From Camelus ferus (Eukaryota): a DNA stretch of 64,000 nucleotides. Made by a program: the position numbers and the translations under genes. This document shows positions 1 to 14,335 of the stretch, piece by piece (the stretch's first letter is position 1; every line of letters starts with the position of its first letter). A model generated the notes under the pieces. It did no database searches and was not told where the DNA came from. It was given only the letters and a program-made list of their open reading frames with translations. Location: contig NC_045696.1 of assembly GCF_009834535.1 (NCBI RefSeq), forward strand, positions 40,736,001 to 40,800,000, written 5' to 3'.

Positions 1-2861
1 AATAAATATTGTAATGGGTCAAGCAATTAGCAGGCAGGATTTTGTTTGGGCTGTAACTTGACTCTAATCGCTGACCTCAGAGAATATGACGTAGCACCTT
101 AGCGGTATGCTGGTTTAGAAGTTTCCACTCGCCTTTCCCCTTTCAGCCAGATTGCCTTTTCTATTTCTAGGCTTGTCCTGTCGATGAGTCAGGTTGCCCC
201 AGACTCTTCTGGTGGATGAAAGGGGCATTCCTGACTTGGATGTATTTTCTGCATATATAAATTATAAAAAGGAAAAACTCTGTGTTCATTCCTTGGCATA
301 AAAGTAAGGAAACTGGAGGATTGAGTGAAGAAATTATAAAATAGCCAACATAAATAAATCCTGGCCCTGGGGCCTGAAGGCAGCAAGATGTACAAACACA
401 GAAAATGGCACCCCAAAATAACTCTTTTCTATGTTGAAAACAATCATCGTAAGGAATGTAAGACATCAAAGGTCATGTTGATGTTTGCCACCAAGTCTCC
501 TAATCATGAAGTTAAAACAGTTTATGAAATATCTCTTTGAAGACCTGTATCTTCCTGCAGCACAGTCAGTGGGTTTTTGTCTCTTCCCCTGTAGCAAGTA
601 TGGAAATAGTCACCCTGCCTGTCTCCCTGGGTCCTGAAACTGTTTCAAACAACTAAAGAGTTCTCTGGCGGGTCTCACCCCCTTTGATTTCTGTAAATAC
701 AGTTTGCTACAGGAGTTCAGAGAGATGGTGTACTTTTCATGTTCTTTAAAACATGACATGGTAGGTTCCCTTGTGTGAGACCCAGAATCACCTTTCAAGG
801 CCTCGTTCAAAGCTGTTAAATTATCAAAGGAAGTTGCTTGCTGTGCATTTTCACTTGTGCTGTAATTATTAAGAACCTAAAAACGTACTTCTGAGGAATT
901 GATTGTTTTTGTTGTTGCTGCTGTTATTGTTCTTAGCCTATGGCTACTCTGAATAGTGACAAGATTTCCTTTTGTCACATTGGCAACTAGAAACTTAAAG
1001 AGTCCAATTTGTGCCTCATCAATAGCAAATATATAGGTCATTGTAACATCTTTAGTGTAACTCTTGGATTGGTTTCAGTTCTAATTCTTATTTTCCTTTC
1101 AGGTTCACTCCTACCTTTACTTTATACTATCTTTCTTTGTCTAGCCTTGAAAGCTGCCTTAAATCTTTTCTGGAATAAGGTGGCCTGTAGTTAACTCTAA
1201 TAGCTAGATACCTTTTTAAAATGAAAGAAGAATGTTGGGCAGAGAGGGAGGGAGAGAACTGTGGGAAAAAAGTAAGACTATACAAGTGTCAGCAATTTAA
1301 CCTCTGTAAGCCTCGGTTTCTCAGCTGACCTCCATCCAACATTTTTGTGGAGCTTAAAATTATTTTTAGATAGTGAAATTGAACACGCTTTATAAGTTAT
1401 AGAGCTCTGTGCAGCTTCATTGTGATTATTTTCAAGCCATTATTAATTAAGGCAACTCTTCAATACCAATGCCAAGTCCTGACTCAATCTTCATCTCCGT
1501 TCAGTAGAAGAAGCTTCCTAAGAAGTATCTGAGATCAAGGACCAGGCTTTTCTGAGAGCCTTCTTGTTGTCGCCTCTAGCAGAGAACCATAATCTTTAGA
1601 GCACCACAGAGGCAAAGTCCTTTCTTCAAGGATGGCTCTGAAACCTCCAACCCTGACAGTTCCATATCTGAGCTGGTACAGGGGACAGAAATCCAGATCA
1701 TCACCAAGACCTGGAAAATAGCTGGTCAGCAAATCCTATGTACCTCAGTTCTCAGACATCTGCACAAAATTCCCCGGTACCAGCCCCTCCACTCCATACA
1801 TGTTCCCACTTAGAGTTGGGAACCCCAAGTTTATACTGTCTCCCACTTAGAGATTTACAGAGTAATCATTTAATTTCTGACCTAGTCCCAAAATTAGAAC
1901 CTCTTGGCAGGAGCAGTGTTTATAGAATAAGGGGTATGAAGACAGCTGACAACCTTTGGTGATCACTGCTTAGCCATTGTTATCAACGATATTAGAAATA
2001 ATTCTCAAGGGAATTGGGGCAGGAAAAGACTGAGAACCACAGCCCAAATGATCCATTCTTGTCAGAGGCCAGTTCTCTTTAAAGCAGACGCTGGATAGGT
2101 AAAAGCTTCCCTTAGATCCCATCAGTACCATGGTCAAGGGCAAACACTCCAAAATGGCAAGTAGGAGGCAGCACAGCATTAAGGACAAGAGCAAGCCCAT
2201 GCTGTCTGTGTGGGAAGGCTTAATGGTCAAGGGACCTCGGCAAGACTGTGCACCTTGCCAAGCCCCAGTTCTGATAAATGGAGATGGTTATGAGGATTCA
2301 ATTAAACCGTCCACAAAAAGTGCTTCGCACTGATATACTGGAGAGCTGGGGAGGGAAGGGGGTGATCTTTACAATCTGGGCCCCGCCCTCCTTACAGCTT
2401 CATTTCCCAGAACACCCCTGTGTGCACCTCACCCAGAAGGACATCCCCCAGCCCTCTCACATCTGTGACTTTGCACATGTTGTTCAGGAATGCCATTTCC
2501 TTTCCTGATCTGTGCATTGAACTCCCACTCTTTCTTCAACATCCTGAGGAGATTCACTTCTTTGTGAATGCCTTCCCTCGTAACAGATTCTCACTCCAGC
2601 GAAGTGCAGAGTTCTGCCCTCCTAGGCCCCCTACTGCTGCATACTCTGCACTTGCATTTTAATAATGTTTGTCATAAGATGTATTATTAGATACTATGTT
2701 TATTTCATTAAGAAACCAAATGAAATTCTAATTTATCTTAAAAAGAAAATGATAACATATGGTAGAGAAGTTGTTAATGTTTTTGTCATTGTTGTTGTTT
2801 TTCAACTTAAAACACAATCAGAAATTGTGTTTTGAAAGACAAGCCAAGAGAGCTAAATGCA

Positions 2862-3480
2862 TATTTTTATTGAGGTATAATTTACATGTATTGAGTTACT
2901 CGAATCTTAAGTTCAGTCAGTTTTGACCTAGAACATTTAAGTCACACCTGAAAGTTCCCTGAGGTCCCTTCCCAGTTAATCCCTACCCCACCCACACCCT
3001 CCCATACAGAAGCAACCACTGATCTGCTTTCCCATGTGAATGTTGCCTACTCTAGAAGTTAAGATAAATAGAATCGCAGAGGATGTGATTTGTTGCATCC
3101 TGCTTGTTTCACTCGGTAACGCTTTTGAGACTCATCCATATTGTTGGATTTATCGGTAGTCCATTCCTTTTATTGCCCAGTGGTGTTCCATTGTATGAAT
3201 AACCAGAGTTTATCTGTTCTCCTGTTGTCAGGCATCTATCACGTTGTGGTTTTTATTTTTTAAATTGTTGTACAGTAAAATTATCCTTTTTTTTCTTTTG
3301 ACATACAGGTCTGTAAATTTTAACATACTTAAACATATATGACCACCACCACAATCAGTGTGTGCAGACAGTCCCATCAGCTTAGAAAACTCCCTGGTGC
3401 TCCCTTTATAATCCCACTCTTCCCCCACCCCAAGTCCCTGACCACTGCATGTCTCTTCTCTATCACTGTAGCATCACGTT
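2862..3480 (-). mobile_element. Two adjacent old L1 3' end fragments
   Basis: tttttattgaggtataatttaca...gcaaccactgatctgctttc...ttgagactcatccat motifs. Confidence 0.7.
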
Positions 3481-4969
3481 GCATTTTAATTGCTTATACA
3501 CATGTCTGTTGTTCTCACTATATTGTTAGCTATTCAGAGTAAGAGGACAGTAGCTTACTCATCTTGCCTCCTCTGGGCTTAGCACAGTACCTGGTGCATA
3601 GCAGGAGCTCATTAAATATTTAAAGGATGAATGAATTAATGTCCATGTAGCCACATAATGAATCTTTTCATAATTCTTAAGAGACAAGAGGAAGTAGAAA
3701 GCTGAAGAAAACCAACATTAACTTTGTTCTTTTTAAGAAAATCTTAGGTCCTTTTTTCACAGCAATAGTGATTTTATGATTTTATAAAATTCTAAAGAGC
3801 GCTGCCTGGTAATTGCCACTTGAGAGAATATGTTGAGTCACCCAAAATGAGTAATCTTTCATAAAGGGAGTTCAGCAAATGTTTAATTATACTAAAAATA
3901 TTAGTACTGGTTAAGTTTGAACATGGAAATTAAAAGGAAAAAGTTAAACATGCTTCTTTGTTACCTATTTCTAAGTGTATTCCAGAAGTTTAAAATTCTC
4001 CTCCAGCGTCTTTAATATATTTTCCAGGTAGTATTAGTTCTATAAGGATTCTCTACACTATATTTAGAGAAACTCAATATTCACACTGTTACTTTTGACT
4101 GAAATTTTGTTTTCCGTATTTTCCCCTAAACCAGTGTCATCTTTATCTAAAATTTATTTTACTAAAGCCATTATTATTGCAAGTGATACTTGGTTTTTGC
4201 AGCTAGTGTCTTCCCTAGAGCATATTCAGTTCTTTTTCAGCTTCAGCTTTACTTTTCTTTTCTTCCCTTCAGTGTTTATTGGTTTTTCCTTTTTCATTAA
4301 TCACAATACTGAAACGACTCTGTACATATCCTTCTTATCCTCTTCATTTCACCCACCAGGACATTATCTCTTACAAACTGAGCCTTTTGCCAGCTCCATG
4401 TCACATTTCTTTAAACAAATAAATTTTTCCATATGCTTAGCATATACCCCTGAGCCCTATAGCTATTCCCTTTTTAAAAACAGAAATGGGGAAACAGCTG
4501 TTTCTCAATTCCTATAAAATGTGTCCTGTTTTATAGATCACGCTGGACAGCTCTATTTTGATGTCTGCAATATTACTTGGTCCTTGAAATTGTGAATTTC
4601 CTGGATCTGAATTTTCCTTTCACATTTGGGAAAGAAAGATTAATTCTACTAGACATTTCAGTGTGTTATACAGGCCATGAGATCTCCCCTATAGTTTGTT
4701 TTGGTAGCTACTGAAGGGTTCACATGGAAGAAATGCCTTCTTTACTGCACAACAAAGGTTTTAACTCTTAAGATTGATATTTATGTGGTCATCTCATGTT
4801 TCAGCAGATGTTGATTTAATGCATCTGCCAGATTCTAGGCTACAAGCAGAATGTGCAAGGATGGAAGGACACCAGGCTTTCAGGTTGCCCACCGTCCAGT
4901 AGGGAGGACAGATGTAGTCTGATGGGTAGTCTAAGCAAAGGATACCTGAGCTGTAACAACCACTTAGAG

Positions 4970-5178
4970 GAGGAGTTGGCAAACTACGGTCCATTTTCTG
5001 ACTGCCTGTTTTTGTGTATAAAGTTTTGTTGTAACATAACCATGCCCACTTATTTACATATTTTCAATGGATGCTTTCCTGATTCAATGTGTAGTTGTAA
5101 CAGAGATCATATGGTCCACAAACCTAAAGTATTAACTGTCCAGTCCTCTAATAAAAAAAAAAACTTGCCAACTCTTGG
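4970..5178. mobile_element. MER58A-like hAT-Charlie MITE
   Basis: TIRs gaggagttggcaaact / aacttgccaactcttg; cttaga present on both flanks. Confidence 0.8.
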
Positions 5179-5439
5179 CTTAGAAGAAAGAACATCAAGA
5201 ACATGTATGGTCACCAAGGAGTAGGGTAGTGGAGGACACCTTGAAGAATTCCAGCATCTTACAGGATATAGGTAAAAAAAAAAAAAGAGGACGCATGAAG
5301 TGATGGGTTGAGAACCAAACCATAATGTGCCAAAACACAAAGGAGGAAAGAGTATCAAAAAGTTGAGGGTTAACATCAGTGTCAAATGCCCCAAGGCAAT
5401 CAGGTAAGATGATGGTTATAATGACCATTTCCTGAAAAT

Positions 5440-5660
5440 TTACTTGTATTCCAGGCTGTGTGCTAAACAATTTATAGTCATCATGTCAAGATTCTATGTA
5501 ATACTTCTATAAGGTTGGCACTATTAATAACCCTATTTTGTAGATGAAAAAACTAAGGCACAGGATGAGCAAGTAACTTTCCTGAAGTCACACAGCTTTA
5601 AATGGCACAGGTAGGGTTCTAATTCCACCTGATTCTAAGGAGCCTGTAATTTTAATCCCT
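5440..5660 (-). mobile_element. MIR SINE
   Basis: ccctattttgtagatgaaaaaactaaggcacag...aagtaactttcctgaagtcacacagct (antisense MIR core). Confidence 0.7.
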
Positions 5661-6039
5661 GTCCTGTATTAATTTGACAATTAAGGAATCATTGACATCC
5701 TTAGCAGAAGTAATTTCTATGGAATAATGGAGATAGAAGATAGCTTCAAATAACTGATAATAATGTTTACCATGAGCTATGCAGTGTTCTAAGAGTTTTA
5801 CACTAACTCATTTAACCCCTCAACAACCTCATTTTATGTATTAGGAAACTACAGCACAGAAAGGTGAATTAACTTGCCCAAAGCCAAACAGCTATTGAGT
5901 GACAGAGGTGTGATGTGAGATTCTTGAGAGAAACAGCTTAAGTTCTGTCCCTACATCCTTAGTGACCCCCATCCATCCCTGCCTTTTCTCTCTCTCTCAG
6001 AGACTTCAGCCTGAATCTGATGCTCCCTGTTTTATTATT

Positions 6040-7320
6040 CCCTGTACCCCATTGTGACAGCCATTTGGAAAATAGAAAAGAAGGTAGTTCAGTATGGTTT
6101 TTGGAATAAAATGATAGAATTACACCTATAGAAGACTCACAGGCAAATAAATTGAACCAGACCCAAGCAAATGTATGATTTGTGTTTTGATTAAATGAAA
6201 ATGCCATAATAAGATAATGAGAGAGGGAAGGATTGGTCAGCAAGATCTTAGGACAATTGATTAAACATTTGAAAGGATAATAAAGTTAGAGCTTCACTTT
6301 ATACCATACAACAAAATCTACTGCATAGGATTTAAGTGTTTAAAAAAAATTAAATGGTTTAACAAAAAAATAGATAAAAGTTTCTACTTTGGGATAGAGT
6401 GAACTTTTCAAAGTATAATTGCAGTGAAAAAAGATGATATATTTGCTCTTCTTACAATTTAAAACATCTGTAGGTCAAAAATAATCTTAAAAATTGAAAG
6501 ATAAAACAATTTCAAAAATTAATCTTAACATTTGAAGACTAATACACATTGGTATACATTTGTTTGTGTATGAACATTAAAACCCTCCTTGACACATGAA
6601 CAAAGTTTAAAAACATTCTACTCATATAAGAAATACACATGGCTAATAAAAAGACTAAACTATTTACTCTCATTCATAATCAAATGAATGCAGATTAAAA
6701 TGCAATATTTTTACCTATTGGCGATGTTTAAAAACTCAGTATTTGCAAGAGTGTGATGAAGCAGGTGTTTTTATACATGTTGATGACTTTAAAATTGACC
6801 TCAAAACCTTCTGGAAGACAGTTTAGATGTTAAGACCCTAACCTTTTTACAACATAATTTCTCTTCTAGAAATTTATTCTTATCAGAAATATATAAAATG
6901 TTATAAGGATGTATATTACAAATAAGTTCACAAAAGCAGCTTTTAGAACTAATCTAAGTAATGATAGAAGACAAATAAGTATAGTAGGCAAACAACAGTT
7001 TGTCATATAGCCATTAAAAATGTTTTTTAAGACTACTGACATGGAAAAATGCTCATGATATAATACCAGAAGATAAAGTATTTTTATACAATATGTAATT
7101 CCAGATATTTAAAGTTGTGAGACTATGTGTATATATGCCTACATATCCTCAGATATACAGAGCAAAAGGCAGAAGTCACTGTATCAAAATTATAAAATAT
7201 ATATCTTGTTTTAGTGGGACCATCTTTTTATGGTAGTGCCAATTTTTTTTACTTTTTCTTTTTTTTTACTTTTCTTTATTTTCTGAAATCTCCACAATTA
7301 GTATGTAATGCTTTTATAGC
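6040..7320 (+). mobile_element. Ancient L1 (L1ME-like) 3' part
   Basis: Decayed L1 motifs (aaatgaatgcagattaaaatg, cttctagaaatttattc, acatggaaaaatgctcatgatata). Confidence 0.6.
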
Positions 7321-8749
7321 AGGGAAAAGGGTAAAAACATTTTTTTCAGTGATGACCCCATAAAATGGTAGTACAGTATTGATAAATCAAGTCTCGTTTA
7401 ATCTCTTTTTATTTACCCCATTAAATTGTTTCATCTCAGCTTTATCCCACACTATTATGTAAGACCTCAGAGTTATAGTTCTTAAAGATCATTCCCCTCT
7501 TTGTACCCCTCTTTGTATATTTCCCATGTAGTTGATAATTAGCTACAAGTTAATATCCTTAAGCCTAGTTTACCAGCAGGAAGGTTTTAAAATGAAGCAA
7601 TCAAGTACCTGTCCAAAGCTACACAAAAGGTCAGTTAAGACCTGGCTTTTCCATTGAGAAGCTGGGTAAGAAAGTTAAGCATGCTGAAGCAAGGCATGTG
7701 AACATTACACCCACCTTTAACGGTTCACAAGATGCACATTAAGGGCATTCATTAAGTAATCTAGTAAGTAGTTGAAGTCTCTTTGAAGGCTGTAGGGCAG
7801 TCTTAACAGAAACAGCATGCTTCCCCATTGTAATATTTGTCTTCCTTGGGATCATAGTTTATAACAGGGTGAGTGGGTTGCAGGTCTCACTGCAGCCTCA
7901 TAGGCTTTTTCCATATGAAACTTCTGTTCAAGGGACATGATGTAACTCATGTGCCCGTGTAATGGGCCATGTTCACCTATATATATTTTTTAATGTTACC
8001 CTATCCCTCTGTACATCAACACTTCAACCTCACTCTGGAAATTTTGACTTGTCCAGGATATACAACATTCTTATTAGAAACTGGCCTGAACCAGAAGAGA
8101 ATCGTAAATCATAGTAGTATGACTTCATCATTCCACAAATGGGAAGACTGTGGCATAAAGTAAGAGATTTACCCAAGGTCACAAAAGTTGGAACTAGAAT
8201 CTAAGACTTCTAGGACTTCCTTTGTCACTCCTCTATACTGGCACTTCCTGAAATGTGTACCCAGAGTGATGTTCTGAGAGCTGTTAACAGTTGTGCTGCA
8301 AAGAGCAGAGGTCAGGGGTCAAATAAGCCTGAGGATGATCTCATTTCCATTCCCATACTTGGGGAGTAATAATGTATATTAATATATTAAAAATCCCTGC
8401 AATAAGACAGATACTAAATCAGATGAGATGTGGAAATGACAGGCATAAACCAGCACTAGACAAACCAGAATATATATATTTTCCCCAGCTGAAATGTAAA
8501 ATGTGCAGGGGTGGTGGGGGCGAGTTACTAACAGGTAGCTGGACTGATTGGGTGTGTGTGTTTGTTTCGGAGGAGGGGAGCTGTTCGCCACATGCAGCAG
8601 ATTTTGCCTCAGTTAGATAAATGTTCTTCAAACATAAGAACATGCTTTCTTGTTAAACTAGGCTCTACCCACAAAGCCCCGTGGATTCCAGTACCCAGCT
8701 TAAGAGATCAGTACTACCTGAGAGCTACCTAGTTTGCTTTTTAAGTTAG

Positions 8750-8960
8750 AGGGGCAGTATTGCATAGTGGTTAAGAGTAGACTCTTGAGTCAAAACTGCC
8801 TAGGTCCGAATCTTGGCTCGCTCTCATTAACCTTAGGCAAGTGCTTGACTTTCCACCTCTGAGAAACAGAGATTTATAATAATAGTACCCATCTCATAAG
8901 ACTGAAATGGAAGTTAAATGAGTTAATATATGTAGAGCATATAGAACACTGTCTTGCTCA
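8750..8960 (+). mobile_element. MIR SINE
   Basis: gcatagtggttaagag...ccttaggcaagt...ataatagtacccatctcata...gttaaatgagttaata. Confidence 0.75.
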
Positions 8961-9915
8961 AAAAAAAGTAAGAGTTAATATCGTTCTTATTAATTTCTCC
9001 AAGAACAAAGAATTTATATAGTGCTGCTTCCAGATGTATCAAGTATGCTCATCCAATAAACATAAAATTCTAATAAGCCCCAAAATGCCACTGCCAGCAT
9101 CCATGGCTCTATTCACCTGACTACAGATGCAAAGGTTGACCAGAAAAGGTGGTTAAATTGAAATTACTCATAATTTGAAAACTGACCCCACCCAAATATG
9201 TAAATGTTCCAACATTTAAAATAAACTAGAAAGGAAGAAGGGTGAAGTTCTAACACTTAAGACTAAAGTTGTGGTTCTGTTGCCTAAGCTATTTGTCTAT
9301 TTTTTTCCCTTAAGCTAAAAATAAAATAGGATAAGAAGAAAAAATGCTTTATTCAGGACAGAGAGCAGGCAGATAACTATTCTGCCTGCAAAGCTGCCCT
9401 CTGATACTTGCATAATCTCCACTGCATTTTTGTAACAAAGATAAGACAGGTCCTGTGGTAGCCTGAGTTTTAGCATTAAAGGTCCCTTTTCACTCCCACT
9501 GCAGCCAGGCTTAAATGTGAGTGTTTACACAAGAGGTCAGACTCCCGTGGCTCTGGGTGCTTTACCCCTGAGGTGGGTGGTTCCTGAGGAGCCTGTCCTG
9601 TGTACACTTTTGTTTATTTGCTTTGCCATTTAGTTATTCTGTGTTTTTTCTTTCTCCCAGTTTTACTGAGATCTTTTTTTTTTTAATAATACGTTCTTTA
9701 TTATCGCACAAACCAGAGCAGCATGAGGCAAATAGTTAACCCAGGTTGGGTGACTTGGAGACTGGAAAAGTCTGTCATGAGTATCACATGAGACCTATAG
9801 TGCCCATGAAGAAAGTAAAACTTCTCTGCTACCAGAACACAGCTGAGGTCCTCTTGGCTAAAGATGGGTCCTGTCCACAAGTTTTCCAGTCAGAGGGGAC
9901 CCCCTTTACAGCTCT

Positions 9916-10335
9916 GTGTAGGTTTAGAGTGTATAGCATACTGATTTGACTTACATACATCTTGAAATGATGACCACAATAAGTTTACTGAACATCTATC
10001 ATCTCATAAAGATACAAACTAAAAGAAAAAGAAAAAATATTTTTTCCTTGTGATGAGAACTCATAGGACTTACTCTCTTAACAACTTTCACATATAGCAC
10101 ATAGAAGTGTTAATTATGTTAATCATGTTGTACATTGCATTCCTAAGACTTGTTTACTATAACTGGAATTTTGTACCCTTTGACCACCTTCATCCAATTC
10201 TCTCCCCCCATTCTCTGCCTCAAGTAACCACAAATCTGATCTCTTTCTATGAGTTTGTTTGTATTTGAAGTATAGGACCTATAACTCTATGTTCATTCCT
10301 GGTACGCAGCATAGTGATTAATATTTCTATACATT
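9916..10335 (-). mobile_element. L1 3' UTR fragment (L1MA9-like)
   Basis: gtgatgagaac...tactctcttaacaactttca...catgttgtacatt...ataactgga motif string, shared with the 45845 copy. Confidence 0.75.
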
Positions 10336-12264
10336 ACAGCTGCTGACATGTAACAGGCAACAGAAAATTGATAGCATATAAGATCCTCACAAGTAGGAGG
10401 TGAAACATTTCCCTTTAATCATGTATTTTTTGAAGTGATATTATTGGTACTATACCTTCTTTAAAATTTTCTATATGAACTGGAAACTTATTGTATAAGC
10501 AAATCCGGATCTGTTGCTAGGGACATCTTCAGCTATGAAAATTGGAGCATTAGTGGAATGTAGACCAGGCTTTAGCAGTTGCCACTAGAAACAGCAGAAT
10601 TCGAGGAGAAAAACGACCACCACCACCCCAACTCCCCATCCCTGTTCAGAATGACAAGAAAACTTCTGATGGAGAAAACTAACTCATGGGGACTTACATT
10701 CAGAACCGTTTGTTTGGTCTATTTTGGAGAGAAGTAAGAGGATGTCTTAAGGAGACTAAAAGGTAGAAAAAGTAGATCATGCCCAGTTTCTTGCTGTATA
10801 TGAGAGTGAAAAAACAAAAAAGGGAAACATGGTACCTAGAAAAAACAAAACAAAACCAGAGAGACATATGCCATGTTAATTTAAAGCCTGATGAACCACC
10901 ACAAGCCTATGGAAAACTGAGTGGTTTAGTGTCCCTGTGCCTGGAGCAGGGAATGAGTGGCCGGAAAATGCCAGGAGCCTGAAGGCTGAGCCTGCCCAGG
11001 CTTCTCTGAGCAGCCCCCTCAAAGCAACCAGCTGCCTTGGATTAGCTATGACAGTCATGGCCTTGGGTTTGCTGCTCCTCCTGCCCCTGATGACATAATT
11101 CTTTATTTGCTCATCAGCTCCTGTTCTCTTTTCTCAACATATTCTTTTCTCTGAAAGTTGCAACTACTTGCTAGATTATAGCCCCAAGATAGTCTTGTTT
11201 CTACTTTTGTAAGTTCTTTGCAGAGAGAGAAACTTGCACTGAATGTTGGAAGATAGGGATGAGATTTTGATAGAAAGCAAGAGATGGCAAAGTTAAAGGG
11301 CATGGAGGCATTCTGAGCAGTTAGAGTAAATGAGAAGTTCACTTACAGATTCTTTTCTGGTGTGACCTAATTGATTGTAAGTCCTTATTTTTTGATCATG
11401 GCATACCTGTAGTAATTATTTTAAAAAGTGTGCAGAAGCAGTAACGGATGGAGCATCCTTCCTGCATGATCACAGTTAGTATAAGTGGAGTCAAAATTGA
11501 GAGCCCTTTCTTTCATTGGCTACAGTTCTCACTGTTTGTTTTTCTTCTCCCCTTTCTTTCTCTCCTTTCCCCTTCTCTCCCTTCTCCCTACCCCGGGTTC
11601 TGTGTTGCTGGAGTGGCCTTAAGGCCTTCACTGAGTTTACTTTTCACAGGGTCCTGTTCTTTGGATGTGGGAATTATGTTCTTTCTCAGTGATGCTGGTG
11701 GGAGTCCCTTAATGAGCTGGGAACGTGGTTCTTGAAGAGTAGTTCTCAGCCTTGCTTCCTGGCCAAATAAAACATTCTGGTTCCTAGGATGAGTAATTTT
11801 AGCAAAACACTTCAGTCTGTTGAAGTACAGCTGTGTCTCCAACATTAGTTTTCAGTGTGTATAGTTAGATTTCCCAGAGAACAAGTGACCGCCTCTAGAA
11901 ATATAGAACATCCCTCCCCAAATAAGTAAAACTGTACTAAGTTAAACGAGATGGATTTTTAAAAACTGGGTCATTACATAATGATGAAACAGCCAACAGG
12001 AAGTTGTTACAGTTCTAAACTTGTATACATCTAACACACCTTGAGATGTGTAAATAAAAATTGGTATAATTACTAGGAAACATGAGAAAATTCAAAATAA
12101 GAGTGGAAAATGTTAATACACAGATCAATAATAGATAAAACATAAACATTCATAAACATAGGAGATTTAAAAAACATAAGTTTAACTGTGATCATACATA
12201 GAACAATTAGATACTACACATTCTGTTTAAATTATATTTAAAACAATTTTAATTGATTATGTAC

Positions 12265-12401
12265 GGAGACAGATGGTTACTAGACTTGTGGTGATGATTT
12301 CATAATGTATACAAATATCAAATTGCTATGTAGCACACCTGAAACTAACATTGTACATCACCTACTTTCAATAAAAATAAATAAATACATAAATAAATAG
12401 A
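12265..12401 (+). mobile_element. Short L1 3' end nested in an older L1
   Basis: ...cacacctgaaactaacattgtac...caataaaaataaataaa tail; TSD taattg(a/g)ttatgtac at 12250-12264 and 12402-12416. Confidence 0.8.
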
Positions 12402-12421
12402 TAATTGGTTATGTACTAGGT

Positions 12422-12647
12422 CAAGGACTGGCAAACTATGTGGCCCATGGACCAGATCCAGCCAGGATGTGTTTCTGTAAATAACGTTTATCAGAACACA
12501 GCCACACCCAATCATTTACATGTCGTCTAGGGCTGCTTTTACACAGCTGCAGAGTTGAGTAATTACTGACAGAGACCTTATTGCTGTGTAAACCCTACAC
12601 TTATTGACTGTACTACACTACAACCTTAAAAAGTTTGCTGATCCCTG
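12422..12647. mobile_element. MER58A-like hAT-Charlie MITE
   Basis: caaggactggcaaacta...gaacacagccacaccca...aaagtttgctgatccctg. Confidence 0.8.
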
Positions 12648-13964
12648 TGCTAGAAAATAAATCAAGTCTTAACAACTAGCAAAAAATTGATATGCAGGCC
12701 ATTTTTCTAGCCACGATATAACAAAAAGATCACTACAAAAATCTGGAAATTTAACTATATACGTCTAAATAACCCATCAGTCAAAGAAAAATCATTATGG
12801 AGACTTTAAACATATTTAGAATTAAATGATAATGAAAATGCTATAATATTAAAACATGGTATTCAGGATAAGTTATAAAGTATTAAGAAAATGTATATCC
12901 TTAATGCTTACATCAGAAGAAAAAAACATATTGAACTAAATATCCAACTACAAATATTAAAAAATTGATAGAGTAAACCTAAAGAAAGTAATGAATATTA
13001 ATTAGTGTAATAGAAATCAAAGATACAATAGAAAGCATCTATAATACAGAACCTAGGTTTTGTGTATTTTTTTTAAAGAACGACCTCTCTAAGATAGAAC
13101 AAGAAAAGAAAAGAAAAAAAAAGGTGCAAATGAAAAATGGGAGAAAAGAAAAAGACATAGCTGTATATGATTATTAACTCTCTTCAATAAATTTGAAAAG
13201 TTAAATAAATACAGCCAATTACCTAGAAAAATAATACTTACTAAAACTGGGTTAAAAATAAATAGAAAAACCTTGATAATCCTATAACTGTTAGAAATTG
13301 AAACATTTGTTAAAACATCTATAAAAAGAATACTACACTCTACTTCTTTTATTTACAGATTTTACCAAGTATGAAGAAACAGATCGTCTTAACTATATAA
13401 ACTATTTCAGAGGATAGAAAATGAGGAGACATTTATCAACTCTTACATGAAGCTAGTGTAACCTCAATACCTAAACCAGTCAATGACTACTACAAAAGAA
13501 AATTATGTCAATATATATCTAAGTAAAATGATGATCAAAATAAAAACCAACATTATTCAAAAAGAAATACATCATGACAAATTGTCATTTATCCAAGGAA
13601 TTGGAAGAATGGTTTAACATTAGATGACCTGTTCTTACAGTTCACCACATTGATGGATTTTAGGAGAAAACCCATATGATCATCTCAATAAATGCAAAAC
13701 CAAAAAGCATTATATTAAATTTTAACCCTGATTCATGATTTTAAAATAAAACAACAAACAAATTTCTTAGCAAATGGAATAGAAGGAAACATCATTTCAC
13801 TATAAGCAGCATCTTTTCATGCAAGGGTAATGTGGGGGTTAAGATTGTGGACTCTAGCATTAGAATAGATTCAGATCCCAGCTCTGCCTATTAGTTGTGT
13901 GTCATTGGGCAAGTGTCACAAATTGTTTGATGAAAGTAAGCTTCTATCATTATTCTTTAACGTC

Positions 13965-14290
13965 AGGTTTATTGAGGAATAATTTACATAGTAAATAATT
14001 TACATAGTAAAATTAACCCTTTTTTGTGTATGGTTCTATAAATTTTGACTAATGCATACCATTGTGTAACCACCACAATTAAGATACAGAACATTTCCAA
14101 CAACCCCTAGAAATTTCCCATCTCCAGTCCACAGTAACTACTGATCTGGTTTTTTTCCCTATAGTTTTGCCTTCTCTAGAATGTTAAGTAAATGGGATCA
14201 CATGTTATGTAGCCTTTTGATTCTGGCTTCTTTTGCTTAGCATCATGCTTTTGAAACTTACCCATGTTGTGTGCTTCAGTAGTTTGTTTT
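13965..14290 (-). mobile_element. Old L1 3' end fragment
   Basis: tttattgaggaataatttacata...aaccaccacaattaagatacagaacattt...ttttgccttctctagaatg. Confidence 0.7.
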
Positions 14291-14335
14291 GTTGAGAAAT
14301 TATGGGAAATAGTAGGAAAGTTCAGCAGGTCTTAC

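Larger units (their letters stand above)
11870..13795 (+). mobile_element. Ancient degraded L1 ORF2 region (endonuclease to RT), interrupted by younger elements
   Basis: A-rich plus strand with decayed L1 ORF2 motifs (atatgatcatctcaataaatgca, aatggtttaacattaga, ggaatagaaggaaac). Confidence 0.7.
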
